DNA of 33,294 nt from Octopus bimaculoides (GCF_001194135.2 NC_068985.1:61522550-61555843), one strand, 5' to 3'; shown: positions 22,488 to 32,529, counted from the stretch's first letter. Translations and numbers: made by a program. The notes: generated by a model from the letters alone, not told the origin.

Positions 22488-23631
22488 GGATCTTTTCCTT
22501 TTGGCCGGCACATAGAAAAAATAATTTTTGTAACTAAACACTTTCAAATTTCGTATACTGGTAGAATGTGTCATTTAAAACATCATTTACTCTTGGCATT
22601 TTAAAGAAAATTCTTTATTTTCGAAGTTATATTTCGTGTTAAAGTTGTCGTATTTCGGTAATTTCAACCAATCAATGACGTCTATTGAGGTGAAAACAAT
22701 TACTGCTGTTGTTTGTCAACAACAACTTCCGGCGGTATATATTTCATTTGTCACTGTTATTTCTGATATATTTACATTTGAGATACACGTGTGTATAGTT
22801 TAATCAATTCAGTTATTAGCTATTCTTAAAATTTTTTCAGTTTATTTTGTTTGTGAAAGTATTTTCGCTTTGTGTTAGCTTTTTCGAAATTGCCTATTTT
22901 GGGATCTTTTCCCTTGAATAAAATTACTGCCGTTGTTTGTCAACAACAACTATCGGCAGTGTATATTTCGTTTGTCACTGTTATTTATGACATCGTTCGT
23001 GCGTTTGTACTGGTTTTAGCTTTTGACTTTTAGGGTTAGNNNNNNNNNNNNNNNNNNNNNNNNNNNNNNNNNNNNNNNNNNNNNNNNNNNNNNNNNNNNN
23101 NNNNNNNNNNNNNNNNNNNNNNNNNNNNNNNNNNNNNNNNNNNNNNNNNNNNNNNNNNNNNNNNNNNNNNNNNNNNNNNNNNNNNNNNNNNNNNNNNNNN
23201 NNNNNNNNNNNNNNNNNNNNNNNNNNTAACCTAACCTTAAAACTCTAACCCTATCCCTAACCCTAACCCTCACCCTAAAACCCCAACCCTAACTCTAAAA
23301 CACGAACCCTAAACCTGAAACCCTAAAGCTAAAACCAGTACAAACGCACGAACGATGTCATAAATAACAATGACAAACGAAATATATACCACCGGAAGTT
23401 GTTGTTGACAAACAATAGCAGTAATTCTTTTCACCTCAATAGACGTCATTGGTTGAAATTACCGAAATACGATAACTTTAACACGAAATAACTTCGAAAA
23501 TACGCAATTTTCTCAAAAACGCCAAGAGTAAATGATATTTTATGTGACACATTCTACCAGTATACGAATTTTGAAAGTGTTTAGTTACAAAAAAATATTT
23601 TTTCTATGTGCTAGCCAAAGGAAAAAGATCG
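22488..23631. mobile_element. Non-autonomous foldback DNA element, copy 1 (Merlin-like MITE) with telomeric-repeat core
   Basis: Termini GGATCTTTTCCTTTTGGCCGGCACATAGAAAAAATA / TATTTTTTCTATGTGCTAGCCAAAGGAAAAAGATCG; 8-bp TSD CCACAATA at 22480-22487 and 23632-23639; arms palindromic inward to TTTTAGGGTTAG|gap|TAACCTAACC..CCCTAACCCTAACCC. Confidence 0.92.
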
Positions 23632-23661
23632 CCACAATATAATGACCACTATACAGAATGA

Positions 23662-24531
23662 GGATCTTTGTGGTTTGACGGGCAACATTTTTTTATGTAG
23701 TGTTTTTGGTACCGAAGCACTTTCAAACTTCGTATACTTGTATATTTTGTGGTATAGAACAGATAAAAAAATTTTGTATTCGAAGTTATTTCACGTTAAA
23801 AATTGTCTTATTTCGATAATTTCAACTAATCACTGACGTCTATTCAGTTGAAAACAGTTAGCGCTGTAACGGTGTATATGGTATTAATCCCCGTTAGTTC
23901 TGACATTTCCGATTAACTAGACTGTTCGTAAACAAAGGGGAAAAAGCCATCAAAATACTTGAATATTGCCTGCACTTGTTATTGGAGCTCGCAGAATTAT
24001 TAATGCACCTCCACCAAGTGCTTCATTTCCTAGANNNNNNNNNNNNNNNNNNNNNNNNNNNNNNNNNNNNNNNNNNNNNNNNNNNNNNNNNNNNNNNNNN
24101 NNNNNNNNNNNNNNNNNNNNNNNNNNNNNNNNNNNNNNNNNNNNNNNNNNNNNNNNNNNNNNNNNNNNNNNNNNNNACTAACCCTAACTCTAGAATCCGA
24201 ACTCTAAAATTGTTACACACACAGATACGCACAGCGTAATTTATTATATAAACAATATATGCGTATAAATTACGATTAAACCGGATGAAATATGTCACAG
24301 GGAATAACATTTTTATGACCGGCCAGCAGTGACTGTATTCAGCTGAATAGACGTCAGTGATTGGTTGAAATTACAGAAATACAACTTTAACATGAAATAA
24401 CTTGCGATGTACAATTTTTGTTAAGAAGGCTAAGAGAAAAAGTTGTTTTGTATGACACATTCTACCAGTGTCCCAAGTTTGAAAGTGTTTCGTTAAGAAA
24501 ACAAGTGTTGCCCGTCAAATCACAAAGATCC
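23662..24531. mobile_element. Non-autonomous foldback DNA element, copy 2 (Merlin-like MITE)
   Basis: TIR GGATCTTTGTGGTTTGACGGGCAACA / TGTTGCCCGTCAAATCACAAAGATCC (25 of 26 match); 8-bp TSD CAGAATGA at 23654-23661 and 24532-24539; CTAACCCTAACTCTA immediately right of the central gap. Confidence 0.93.
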
Positions 24532-25099
24532 CAGAATGATACACAACGAACCATGCTGATGACTCATTCCCCTATTTGAAAACGATTTTGTTTGCTTAAC
24601 CTTACGTTGATAATGCGAAATTATCTCTCTGTGTTTTAAAAATTGAGTTATTATATGTAAGGATCCAATGTACCTTATCTATTGAACTCGCTTCTGTACC
24701 GGCAATAAGTCCTGAATTTTTAGAGTCAAACATTAACTCGAAAACTAACAGCTATGGAAAATTTAGTAGAAACACAAAGTAGAATTACATGCTGATTTAA
24801 CCTCTCCTCACAACGACAATCATCACGTTAGCTTTAGCTTTTGAACCGTGACGAAATAGTTTAACCTATTCTGTGAGGCGCTATAGAGAGTACATTGAGT
24901 ATAGCGCTACACAAAAGGATCTCAGTTCGAATCTTTATGGGTGTGATAAAATGAGTACCATGTTTCATTTTATTTATTATACTTTCTCTCTCTAAATGTA
25001 TAGCTTTCTCAATACTTTTCCCGTCGGAAATGTGAGCGGCTTACAAGAGGGTAGATAATCTAGATAGTCATCTTTATATTTCGGAAATCGGTGATGTAA

Positions 25100-25310
25100 T
25101 AACAATTTCTAATTTAGCAACAAAACCCATAATTTTGTAGAGAAGGGGTTAATCGGTTAAATTAATCCCAGCATTAGACTGGTACTTTATTTTATCGACT
25201 CCGGAAAGATGTAAGGTAAAGTTGTCCTGTGTGGGATTTGAAGTAAGAATGTAAAAAGCCATAAATAGATGCTTCAAGGTATTTTGTCGACACTTCAGCA
25301 ATTGATGGAG
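25100..25310 (-). mobile_element. Decayed tRNA-derived SINE
   Basis: Reverse complement contains GTCGACAAAATACC..TTCAAATCCCAC..CATCTTTCCGGAGTCGATAAAATAAAGTACCAGTCTAATGCTGGGATTAAT. Confidence 0.7.
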
Positions 25311-25829
25311 ATATGACAAGAATTTGTTGGTTTTATTGTTGAAGAAACTGTCATGTTTATTCCTTTTTATAGTATAAGCCGCCCGATCGTTTCACGATGG
25401 CGTATGATGACGGGAAAGGAGGGTTGATATTCTCAATCGACTCAGTTTTCTCACTTCCACTTTCTTCTACATTAATGACTTACATCCACCCGCACCCATT
25501 TCAAAATGATATTATTTCCTGTTCTTTAACGTTCAACACACAAATATCCACACATAACCTAGACATTTCTCACCACACTTGTCCCATTTCCTAAAAACAT
25601 TATCGCCGACATAATTTCTTTCAACACCAACCAACAAACATTACTACGTATCAAGGAAACACTGTCGCAACAATACATTCTCTTTACTCCTGATTATAAC
25701 ATATAAATTAAACATTACTATTAAACATTATAATTAAGCTCCCCTCATAATTTCAAATGCTAAAATCTCTGATTACCTTCCATGATTATTCATCTTAAAC
25801 AAAACTGCGCCCCCAAAACAAGATGATGC

Positions 25830-26410
25830 TTTCAGAGCCAAAAAGGTCTTCAGTTCTGTTCAGTTGCTGATCTTCTACAAAGCACAAGTACAATACATAT
25901 TAAAGTACAGATCAAATATTGGGATCAGTGCTCTCACTTATACGAGTGCACACACGCACACATACAAACAGGCATGCACACACACACACACACACACTCG
26001 CGCACATACTCGTACATACACACACTCACTCTCTCTCTCTGACACACATACACTCACGCATACTCACAATTACGCACATTGTAAGTTGTATTAAAATAAA
26101 CTGATCTTGCTGAAAATCGAAGAACTGCTGATTCACACACACTATAGTCACAACCCCAAACACCATCTTTGTTTCTTTCACTGCTACTATAATGGCTTCT
26201 ATTCCTCTGAATTAGACTGAATGTATCATCACCATTTGCTCATCCAATATACCCGTCTCCTTCCTATTCGTTATGCTGCTGCTTCTCACTCAACAAATCC
26301 TGCACAAACCCTACTTCCTTATCAAGAACCGCGTTAACTGGAACTCTACGTCAGCTTCACCATCCTGGGAAGGTCTTATTCTTTGGAAATATGCAAAGTG
26401 ATCTAGGAAT
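25830..26410 (+). mobile_element. Decayed CR1-clade LINE 3' end interrupted by a (CA)n tract (about 25945-26070)
   Basis: FRAKKVFSSVQLLIFYKAQVQYILKYRSNIG (cf. LL.LYKAQ.RP.LEYCS.IW), LCFFHCYYNGFYSSEL (cf. L.LFYRYY.G.CS.EL) and FLIKNRVNWNS (cf. F..RT...WNSLP). Confidence 0.65.
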
Positions 26411-26655
26411 GAGATAACCAGACCAAATTCACTCAAATATACGCTAACGTTACAAAAAAAGAAAAAGAAAAAAAAAAGAAAACGTTAGTCACTGTAGTTC
26501 TTGATGAACAAACTGACGGATAGTCATAGATGGAACAACTTTGATCAAAGGCTGACTCAATCAGGACAGGACAAAGGTTAAAACCAACAGTAATTCCTTT
26601 CAGACAACCCATCTTCTTTTACAAATACTGCGTTGTTATTACCAGTAGAAAAGAC

Positions 26656-27232
26656 GGATCTTTTTTAAAACGGGGGCCACATTTTTCATTAACGAAACAC
26701 TTTGAAACTTGGAACACTGGTAGAATGTGTCATATAAAACATCTTTTTCTCTTAGTCTTCTTAAAAAAAAAAGAAATCCATAAGTTATTCCATGTTAAAG
26801 TTGTCGTATTTCTGTAATTTCAACCAATCACTGACGCCCATTCAGCCGATATACATTAAGTGCCGACTACATAAACAAACGATTCTGAAACAATTAACCC
26901 TAACCCTAACCCTAGGGTTAGGGTTAGGGTTAGGGTTAGGGTTAGGGTTAAAGCAAATTTAAAATGAAAAAAGCAAATAAAACGAAGGTATGGAGATTAA
27001 ATACGCTTAATCAGCCAAAGGAGTAAATATAAACAACTGAATACTTGTCAGTGATTGGTTGAAATTATCGAAATAAGACAATTTTTTTACATGAAATAAA
27101 TTCGAATACAAAAATATTTTTCTGTTCTATAACACAAAATAGATAAGTATACGAAGTTTGAAAGTCTTTCCGTACCAAAAACACTACGTAAAACATTAAT
27201 GAAAAATGTGGCCCCCGTTTTAAAATAGATCC
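26656..27232. mobile_element. Non-autonomous foldback DNA element, copy 3 (Merlin-like MITE, 577 bp, gap-free) with an inverted telomeric core
   Basis: TIR GGATCTTTTTTAAAACGGGGGCCACATTTTTCATTAA / TTAATGAAAAATGTGGCCCCCGTTTTAAAATAGATCC (36 of 37 match); 8-bp TSD GAAAAGAC at 26648-26655 and 27233-27240. Confidence 0.95.
26895..26950. repeat. Interstitial telomeric sequence (TAACCC)3-TA-(GGGTTA)6
   Basis: Directly visible; perfect 38-bp palindrome at 26895-26932 centred on CCTAGG. Confidence 0.98.
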
Positions 27233-28293
27233 GAAAAGACACTTTATAGAAAAGCTGTCTACTTGAAAAATACCTTTGAAATATTGTGTACCTCATCAGA
27301 GACGATCTCTGTGTTTGTAAGAGTATAATTTATGTTTTATCAGAGGGTACTGTTATCATGTTGCTTTTGTTTTATTGTACAGAAACAATCCGATTCCTAT
27401 CCGAATGCTCTTCACATTGAGCCACTCTTCAGATTTTGTATCTCCTACGCCACAAATACATGCAAGCATATTTAGACACCCTCTCTCTCTTCCGCTTTCA
27501 GACAAATATTTATGTATCTATATATCTAACCTAATATTTAATAGTTGTGTGAGCCTAAGTGTAAGTGAGAATGAAAGATTTTTTGGCGATAGAGAAATAT
27601 ATTCCATCTGGAAGCAATTATAAATTATATCTTTGTAGTGTAAAAATAAATACCCACACTAATGATAAATATAGAATCCAGCAATTAACAACGGAATGGG
27701 TTGCATTTTTACTACAATTTTATCAGATCGTCGTCTGTATGACCTACTTTGACTTTTGTCCTCCCAACGGTAAAAAATATGCCTTATTCCCATATGTGAT
27801 TTTAAGAAATCATACACACACACACATACATAAACACATGTCTGCTAACAAATATAGTCTTCCATTTAAAAGCGCGCGTGTACACATACACCTCTCACAC
27901 AACACGGGAGATAAAGTTCATTAGTGTTTATTTAAATTTTTTGTTTTATAATTGTTTAAAAATATCAAAATGAAGAAATTCAAAGAAGCTTTTGGTTAGA
28001 TGAAAATATTTCTGCTGAACTGTTTGGTAGTAGCGTTGTTTAATATAGTTGAATTGTGAGATAAGGAAAAGAGCCTTGCTGACCGATATGTTTCCCTTAC
28101 AACATACCTAGAAATGATGCGAACAAATAAACGGACTGTTATATTAATATAAAATAGCTGGCTTTATAAAGTTGTGTGCAATAAACAACACTGGAGTTAT
28201 ATGTATTAAACATCATTGTTGTACGTCATCACTACAGTCAGCCACTTGCCAAGATATCAGAGAATATCTGAAAATAAAACTACTGTAAAACAT

Positions 28294-28484
28294 CATGTAT
28301 ATAATACATGGTATTAGGTGTGTATATAATATATGGTATTAAAGGTGTGTAAAATATATAGTATAGGGTATGTGTCTAATATACGGTATTGGTGATGTGT
28401 ATAATACATGGAATTAGGTGTGTGCACAATACATGGTATTAGAAGTGTGTATAATACATGGTATAAAGGATGTTTACAATACAT
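28294..28484 (+). repeat. Degenerate minisatellite, unit about 23-25 bp (approximately GTGTATAATACATGGTATTAGGT), about 8 copies
   Basis: ATAATACATGGTATTAGGTGTG variants recur throughout the interval. Confidence 0.8.
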
Positions 28485-29185
28485 ATGTCAGGCTGTAAAG
28501 TTTTCTCCTCTCTCAAATGCATGCATGTTATAGTGTGAAGTGTGTTCTTTAACTAGACAGATGAACAGTCCATCTAGGACAATAGATCTGTGAGGGCATT
28601 CAGCCGTTCATTTGTATGCTGTGAGCTTGTTTCATTGACCTGGGATTATACCACAATGAAGGTATTGGACATGGACTGAGCAAAGTGACTGATTATATAA
28701 ATGGCCGTCTTTAAAACTAATTTTGTTCAAGTTCATCTCTTTAGTTCAATATTAATTCTCGCTTTTAATCCTTCACTCTTCACTTTTAATGTTTCCCTAA
28801 TCTACTACACACAATCTCAATAATGGGCAAGTGTGGTAGTGGTGGTGGTTGTGGAATCAGTATTTATATCTCGGCGAAATCAGTTTCAAATATCGATTGA
28901 GAAATAATCTATGAAAGAAAAAAAATAGACAAATTTTGGCGTTACGAAATTATAAGCCTCTGATTCAAATTCACCCGGACACACTCCAGTTCACTCAGAT
29001 ATTGTGAGTACATAAAACATTTTTACCTTTGATTGATCGGTGTCATGTAACAGAAGACATTCTTGTCTGTTTAAGATCAAGAAACTGGAGATAAGAACTG
29101 ATTTTGTTGGATTCATTTTTTCCATTGAAAGAATTTGAATAATTTGGGCTTTACATAGCATTTTAAAACTCATTATAACACGTCA

Positions 29186-29390
29186 CTAAGGCAGTGAGTT
29201 CAGAGAATCCTCAGAGCATCGGACAAAATACTTAGTGAGATTTATTTTGGTTGTTTACGTTCTGAGTTCAAATCTCGCCGAAGTCAATTCTACCTCTTAT
29301 ACTTTCGGAGTCGATAAAATAAAATACCAGTCAAATACTGGGGTTAATGTAATCGACTTGTTTCATCCCCATCAAAATTGCTGCAAAAAT
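29186..29390 (+). mobile_element. tRNA-derived SINE
   Basis: AAGGCAGTGAGTTCAGAGAATC..GGACAAAATACTTAG..GTTCTGAGTTCAAATCTCGCCGAAGTCAA..TTTCGGAGTCGATAAAATAAAATACCAGTCAAATACTGGGGTTAATGTAATCGACTT; colinear with the reverse complement of 19641-19854. Confidence 0.85.
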
Positions 29391-29479
29391 GAGGAAGAAT
29401 TATAAGACGTCACCGTATGTATGTATGTATGTATGTATGTATGTGCGCGTGTATATAACGCCAAAGGACCACGCTAACC

Positions 29480-29960
29480 TAAGTCAACAAATTCAAGTAT
29501 CTGTGCTCCATTATTGATCAAACAGCGGACTGCAGTCAGAAAATCAGATCAAAACTTGTTATAGGAAAATCACCCGTGAGGTCATTCAGTTCCATGTGGA
29601 GAAACTGATCCCTCAGCAAAATCATTAAACTGTAACTCTCCAGAATCTTAGTCTAACTAATAATGCTGTATGAGTGTGAAACATGGACTCCAAGGCAGTG
29701 AAGACGCTCGAGATGATCTGCTGCTGGCGAACACTGGAGATCACTTGGATGGCCTGTTGAACGAACGATTCAGTCATGGATAAGATTAGAGAAAAACAGA
29801 AGCTGGTGACGATTGTTAGACGATGAAAGCTTCAGTACTTGGGGAACATTATCAAGGCCCAGAATCTCTGTACCCACAACCTCAGGGGTTAAGTGAACTG
29901 AATATTTGCTTGCGATGGAATGATGAAGAAAGAGCAATGACATTAAGAACTGGACAAGGA
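29480..29960 (+). mobile_element. Decayed RTE-clade LINE 3' ORF fragment
   Basis: FKYLCSIIDQTADCSQKIRSKLVIGKS...IMLYECETWT...LEMICCWRTLEITW..TNDSVM...KLQYLGNII; matches the RTE pattern FKYLGS..LYGCE.W..EMWCWRRML.I.W..TN.SV..KL.YFGHI. Confidence 0.85.
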
Positions 29961-30424
29961 AGACCCTGGGGGGTGTACAACTTCAGCATGAAACTGATAT
30001 GTGTGTATGTTGAGGTGCGGTGGTTGTGTCTAAGTTTCGGGTTCCTCGTTTGTGAGGATACAGGCCTTCAGCATGAGAACAATCTATTTATCAAGCTAAA
30101 TGCGGGTTGTTCATGTTTTGGACAGGGATGAGTTGCAATAATATTTACATATGTGTAGTGATGTAATTTTTCTCTGTTGAAGGAGACAAGAATAGCATGG
30201 CATCCTTTGGAGAAAGTTTTCAAGGCCTCTGTTTGAAAAGTTAGTAATTTCATGTGAAATGTGCATATTGCAAGTGGAGGGTTCTTGGATGTGGAAGGTT
30301 AGGAGTAAAACAAAGGGTGATTTCATTAGTGTAGTTTTGCCAGTGTGTCATATATGTGATACAGGTGTAACATATGTCATATATGCAACATAGTTGGGAT
30401 ATATATATATGCAACATAGTTTGG

Positions 30425-30426
<2 letters not shown>

Positions 30427-30515
<89 letters not shown>
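30427..30515. repeat. Perfect (AC)n, about 44 units
   Basis: Directly visible. Confidence 0.98.
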
Positions 30516-30523
<8 letters not shown>

Positions 30524-31129
30524 AGGTAAGGATAAAGAGGTAGGAATAAAGAATAGGTAGGGATAGGTAGGGATAACCCAGGCGGTTATCGTACGAGCAC
30601 TCTGTTATAATCCAAGTTAAGACTAACAGCATCGAGTTATAAAGACTACCTAGGATTACTTATGGTAAGCAACCTCTCTGTATTACATCCGATGGATAAA
30701 TCCTGGGTTCGCCTCACTAGATTATAAATATTTTATCCACGACAATTACAAAGTTTAAAATTTTTTTCATTTTAACAATCAATTATACAGCTTATTTGAT
30801 CTAAATGCTTCCGACGCACGTTTCTGCTTCATACTTTCGACTGGATATTAGACTATGCAACTTTATTGAAGGCCCATCCACTGACGTAGTCTGAAGAAAA
30901 CTGAATGTATGTAGGTTTATCTAGCATCATATTCGGTAGGTTCTTATAGTTTTTGAGTGCAAAGTATGCAGATTTACTTATCACCATATTCATTGTAATT
31001 GTCTTATATATACACATATATACATACACACACAGATATATGCATGCATATATGTATGTATGTGTATATATATCATATATGTGACATAGTTGTTGCAAAT
31101 ATATATGAGTCATATTCCTTAAAAGAGTA

Positions 31130-31300
31130 CTTAAAGAGAGTCAGCAACTATGTGTCATTATTGAAGAGTCATCGTACGTGTCATTAAAGAAGCGTCATCA
31201 TATATTTGTCACTAAAGGAGAGTTATTACATACGTATTATCAAAGGAAAATCACCATGTGTCATTATAGGAGAGTCATCATATATGCGTCATTAAATGAG
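31130..31300 (+). repeat. Degenerate minisatellite, unit about 30 bp (approximately GAGTCATCATATGTGTCATTAAAG), about 5-6 copies
   Basis: GAGTCA..TGTGTCATTA variants recur at roughly 30-bp spacing. Confidence 0.7.
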
Positions 31301-31494
31301 CCATAGTGGTGGTTGTTGCAAGTCGGCAAGAATGTTTTGGAAAAGAATTTATGGGAAAAGTGTGTATCATTAAGGTTGGTATTCTTGTAGAAATGGACTG
31401 TGTAGAGGCATTTTATGTATAGCGTTTATGGGGTGGAGGTGGGGGAATATACGTCTGTGTTTGCAAGTTTTCTTTCTGTTATGTTTGGTTAAGT

Positions 31495-31892
31495 GGAGGC
31501 GCAATGGCCCAGTGGTTAGAGCAGCGGACTCGCGGTCATAGAATCGCGGTTTCGATTCCCAGACCGGGCGTTGTGAGTGTTTATTGAACGAAAACACCTA
31601 AAGCTCCACGAGGCTCCGGCAGGGGATGGTGGCCAACCCTGCTGTACTCTTCCACCTCAACTTTCTCTCACTCTTACTTCCTGTTTCTGTTGTGCCTGTA
31701 ATTCAAACGGTCAGCCTAGTCACTGTGTCTCGCTGAATATCCCCGAGAACTACGTTAAGGGTACACGTGTCTGTGGAGTGCTCAGCCACTTGCACGTTAA
31801 TTTCACGAGCAGGCTATTCCGTTGATCGGATCAACTGGAACCCTCGACGTCGTAAGCGACGGAGTGCCAACAACAACAACAACAACAACAAC
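31495..31892 (+). mobile_element. Full-length tRNA-derived SINE with (CAA)n tail and TSD
   Basis: A-box TGGCCCAGTGG and B-box GGTTTCGATTCC in a tRNA-like head; tail GACGGAGTGC(CAA)8; 14-bp TSD ATGTTTGGTTAAGT (31481-31494) / ATGTTTGGTTAAAT (31893-31906), one mismatch. Confidence 0.93.
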
Positions 31893-32529
31893 ATGTTTGG
31901 TTAAATTCTCGGGGCATTTGTGCATGCATGCTGTGTATGTAGGGGCACCATATCTCATTAAAGGATAGGAGTTCGTTTGTGACTGTTCTATTTAGTTTTC
32001 TTTCAACAATTCTTTTCTCACAATGGTAGCATGCCTCAAGCAATTGGCTCTGGTTGATACTAATAATTTTCAGGTAGTTTAATATTCAAATCAAAGTTTT
32101 ACCTTCAGAGATTTTCTGTCCTAGAAAGCGCATAATTTTAACTCTTTATTGTAGACGTCCCTTTCCTCGACTAATTCAAGTTCTTAAACAGGAATGGAAT
32201 TGATAGTAGAAGGAAGTATTTATAGTTCTTCTACTTCAGTCGTCGGTGCTCCATCATGATCGCAGTTCATTGGTCAGAGCTAACAGAAGAATTACAGATA
32301 CAGCATATGAACATCTTCCGAATATTTTGTTCAGACTTCTTGATCAATATTCTATTTATTAAAGATACAGCTGGAATTAAAATTATTTTGTAATCCATTA
32401 CGCTTCCTTAAATTATCCTCTGTAGTTCCCACCTGAACTTTGATTAAACGGAGAAAATTAAATATACTTGCTTCTCACGCATGGGTGACATTAAAGAGAT
32501 GGAAGTCATTGCTAGTTTTAATGTATATA

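Noticed and set aside
23030-23330. Ancestral chromosome end-to-end fusion site (TTAGGG...CCCTAA)
   Set aside because: The repeats lie inside a TSD-bounded element with relatives nearby, so transposition explains them better than a chromosome fusion.
22470-23645. Reconstructed empty site of MITE copy 1 forms a 7-bp stem (TCATTAT/ATAATGA) with the TSD in the loop
   Set aside because: Not reproduced at the copy 2 or copy 3 target sites; likely chance in AT-rich sequence.
1069-31187. Short ORFs rich in CV/YI/HT repeats (e.g. 2852..3105, 13502..13729, 30250..30516)
   Set aside because: Translations of (TG)n/(TA)n/(CA)n/(CCAT)n microsatellites, not proteins.
31495-31570. tRNA-like sequence
   Set aside because: It has A/B boxes but continues into a SINE body with tail and TSD; it is a SINE head, not a tRNA gene.
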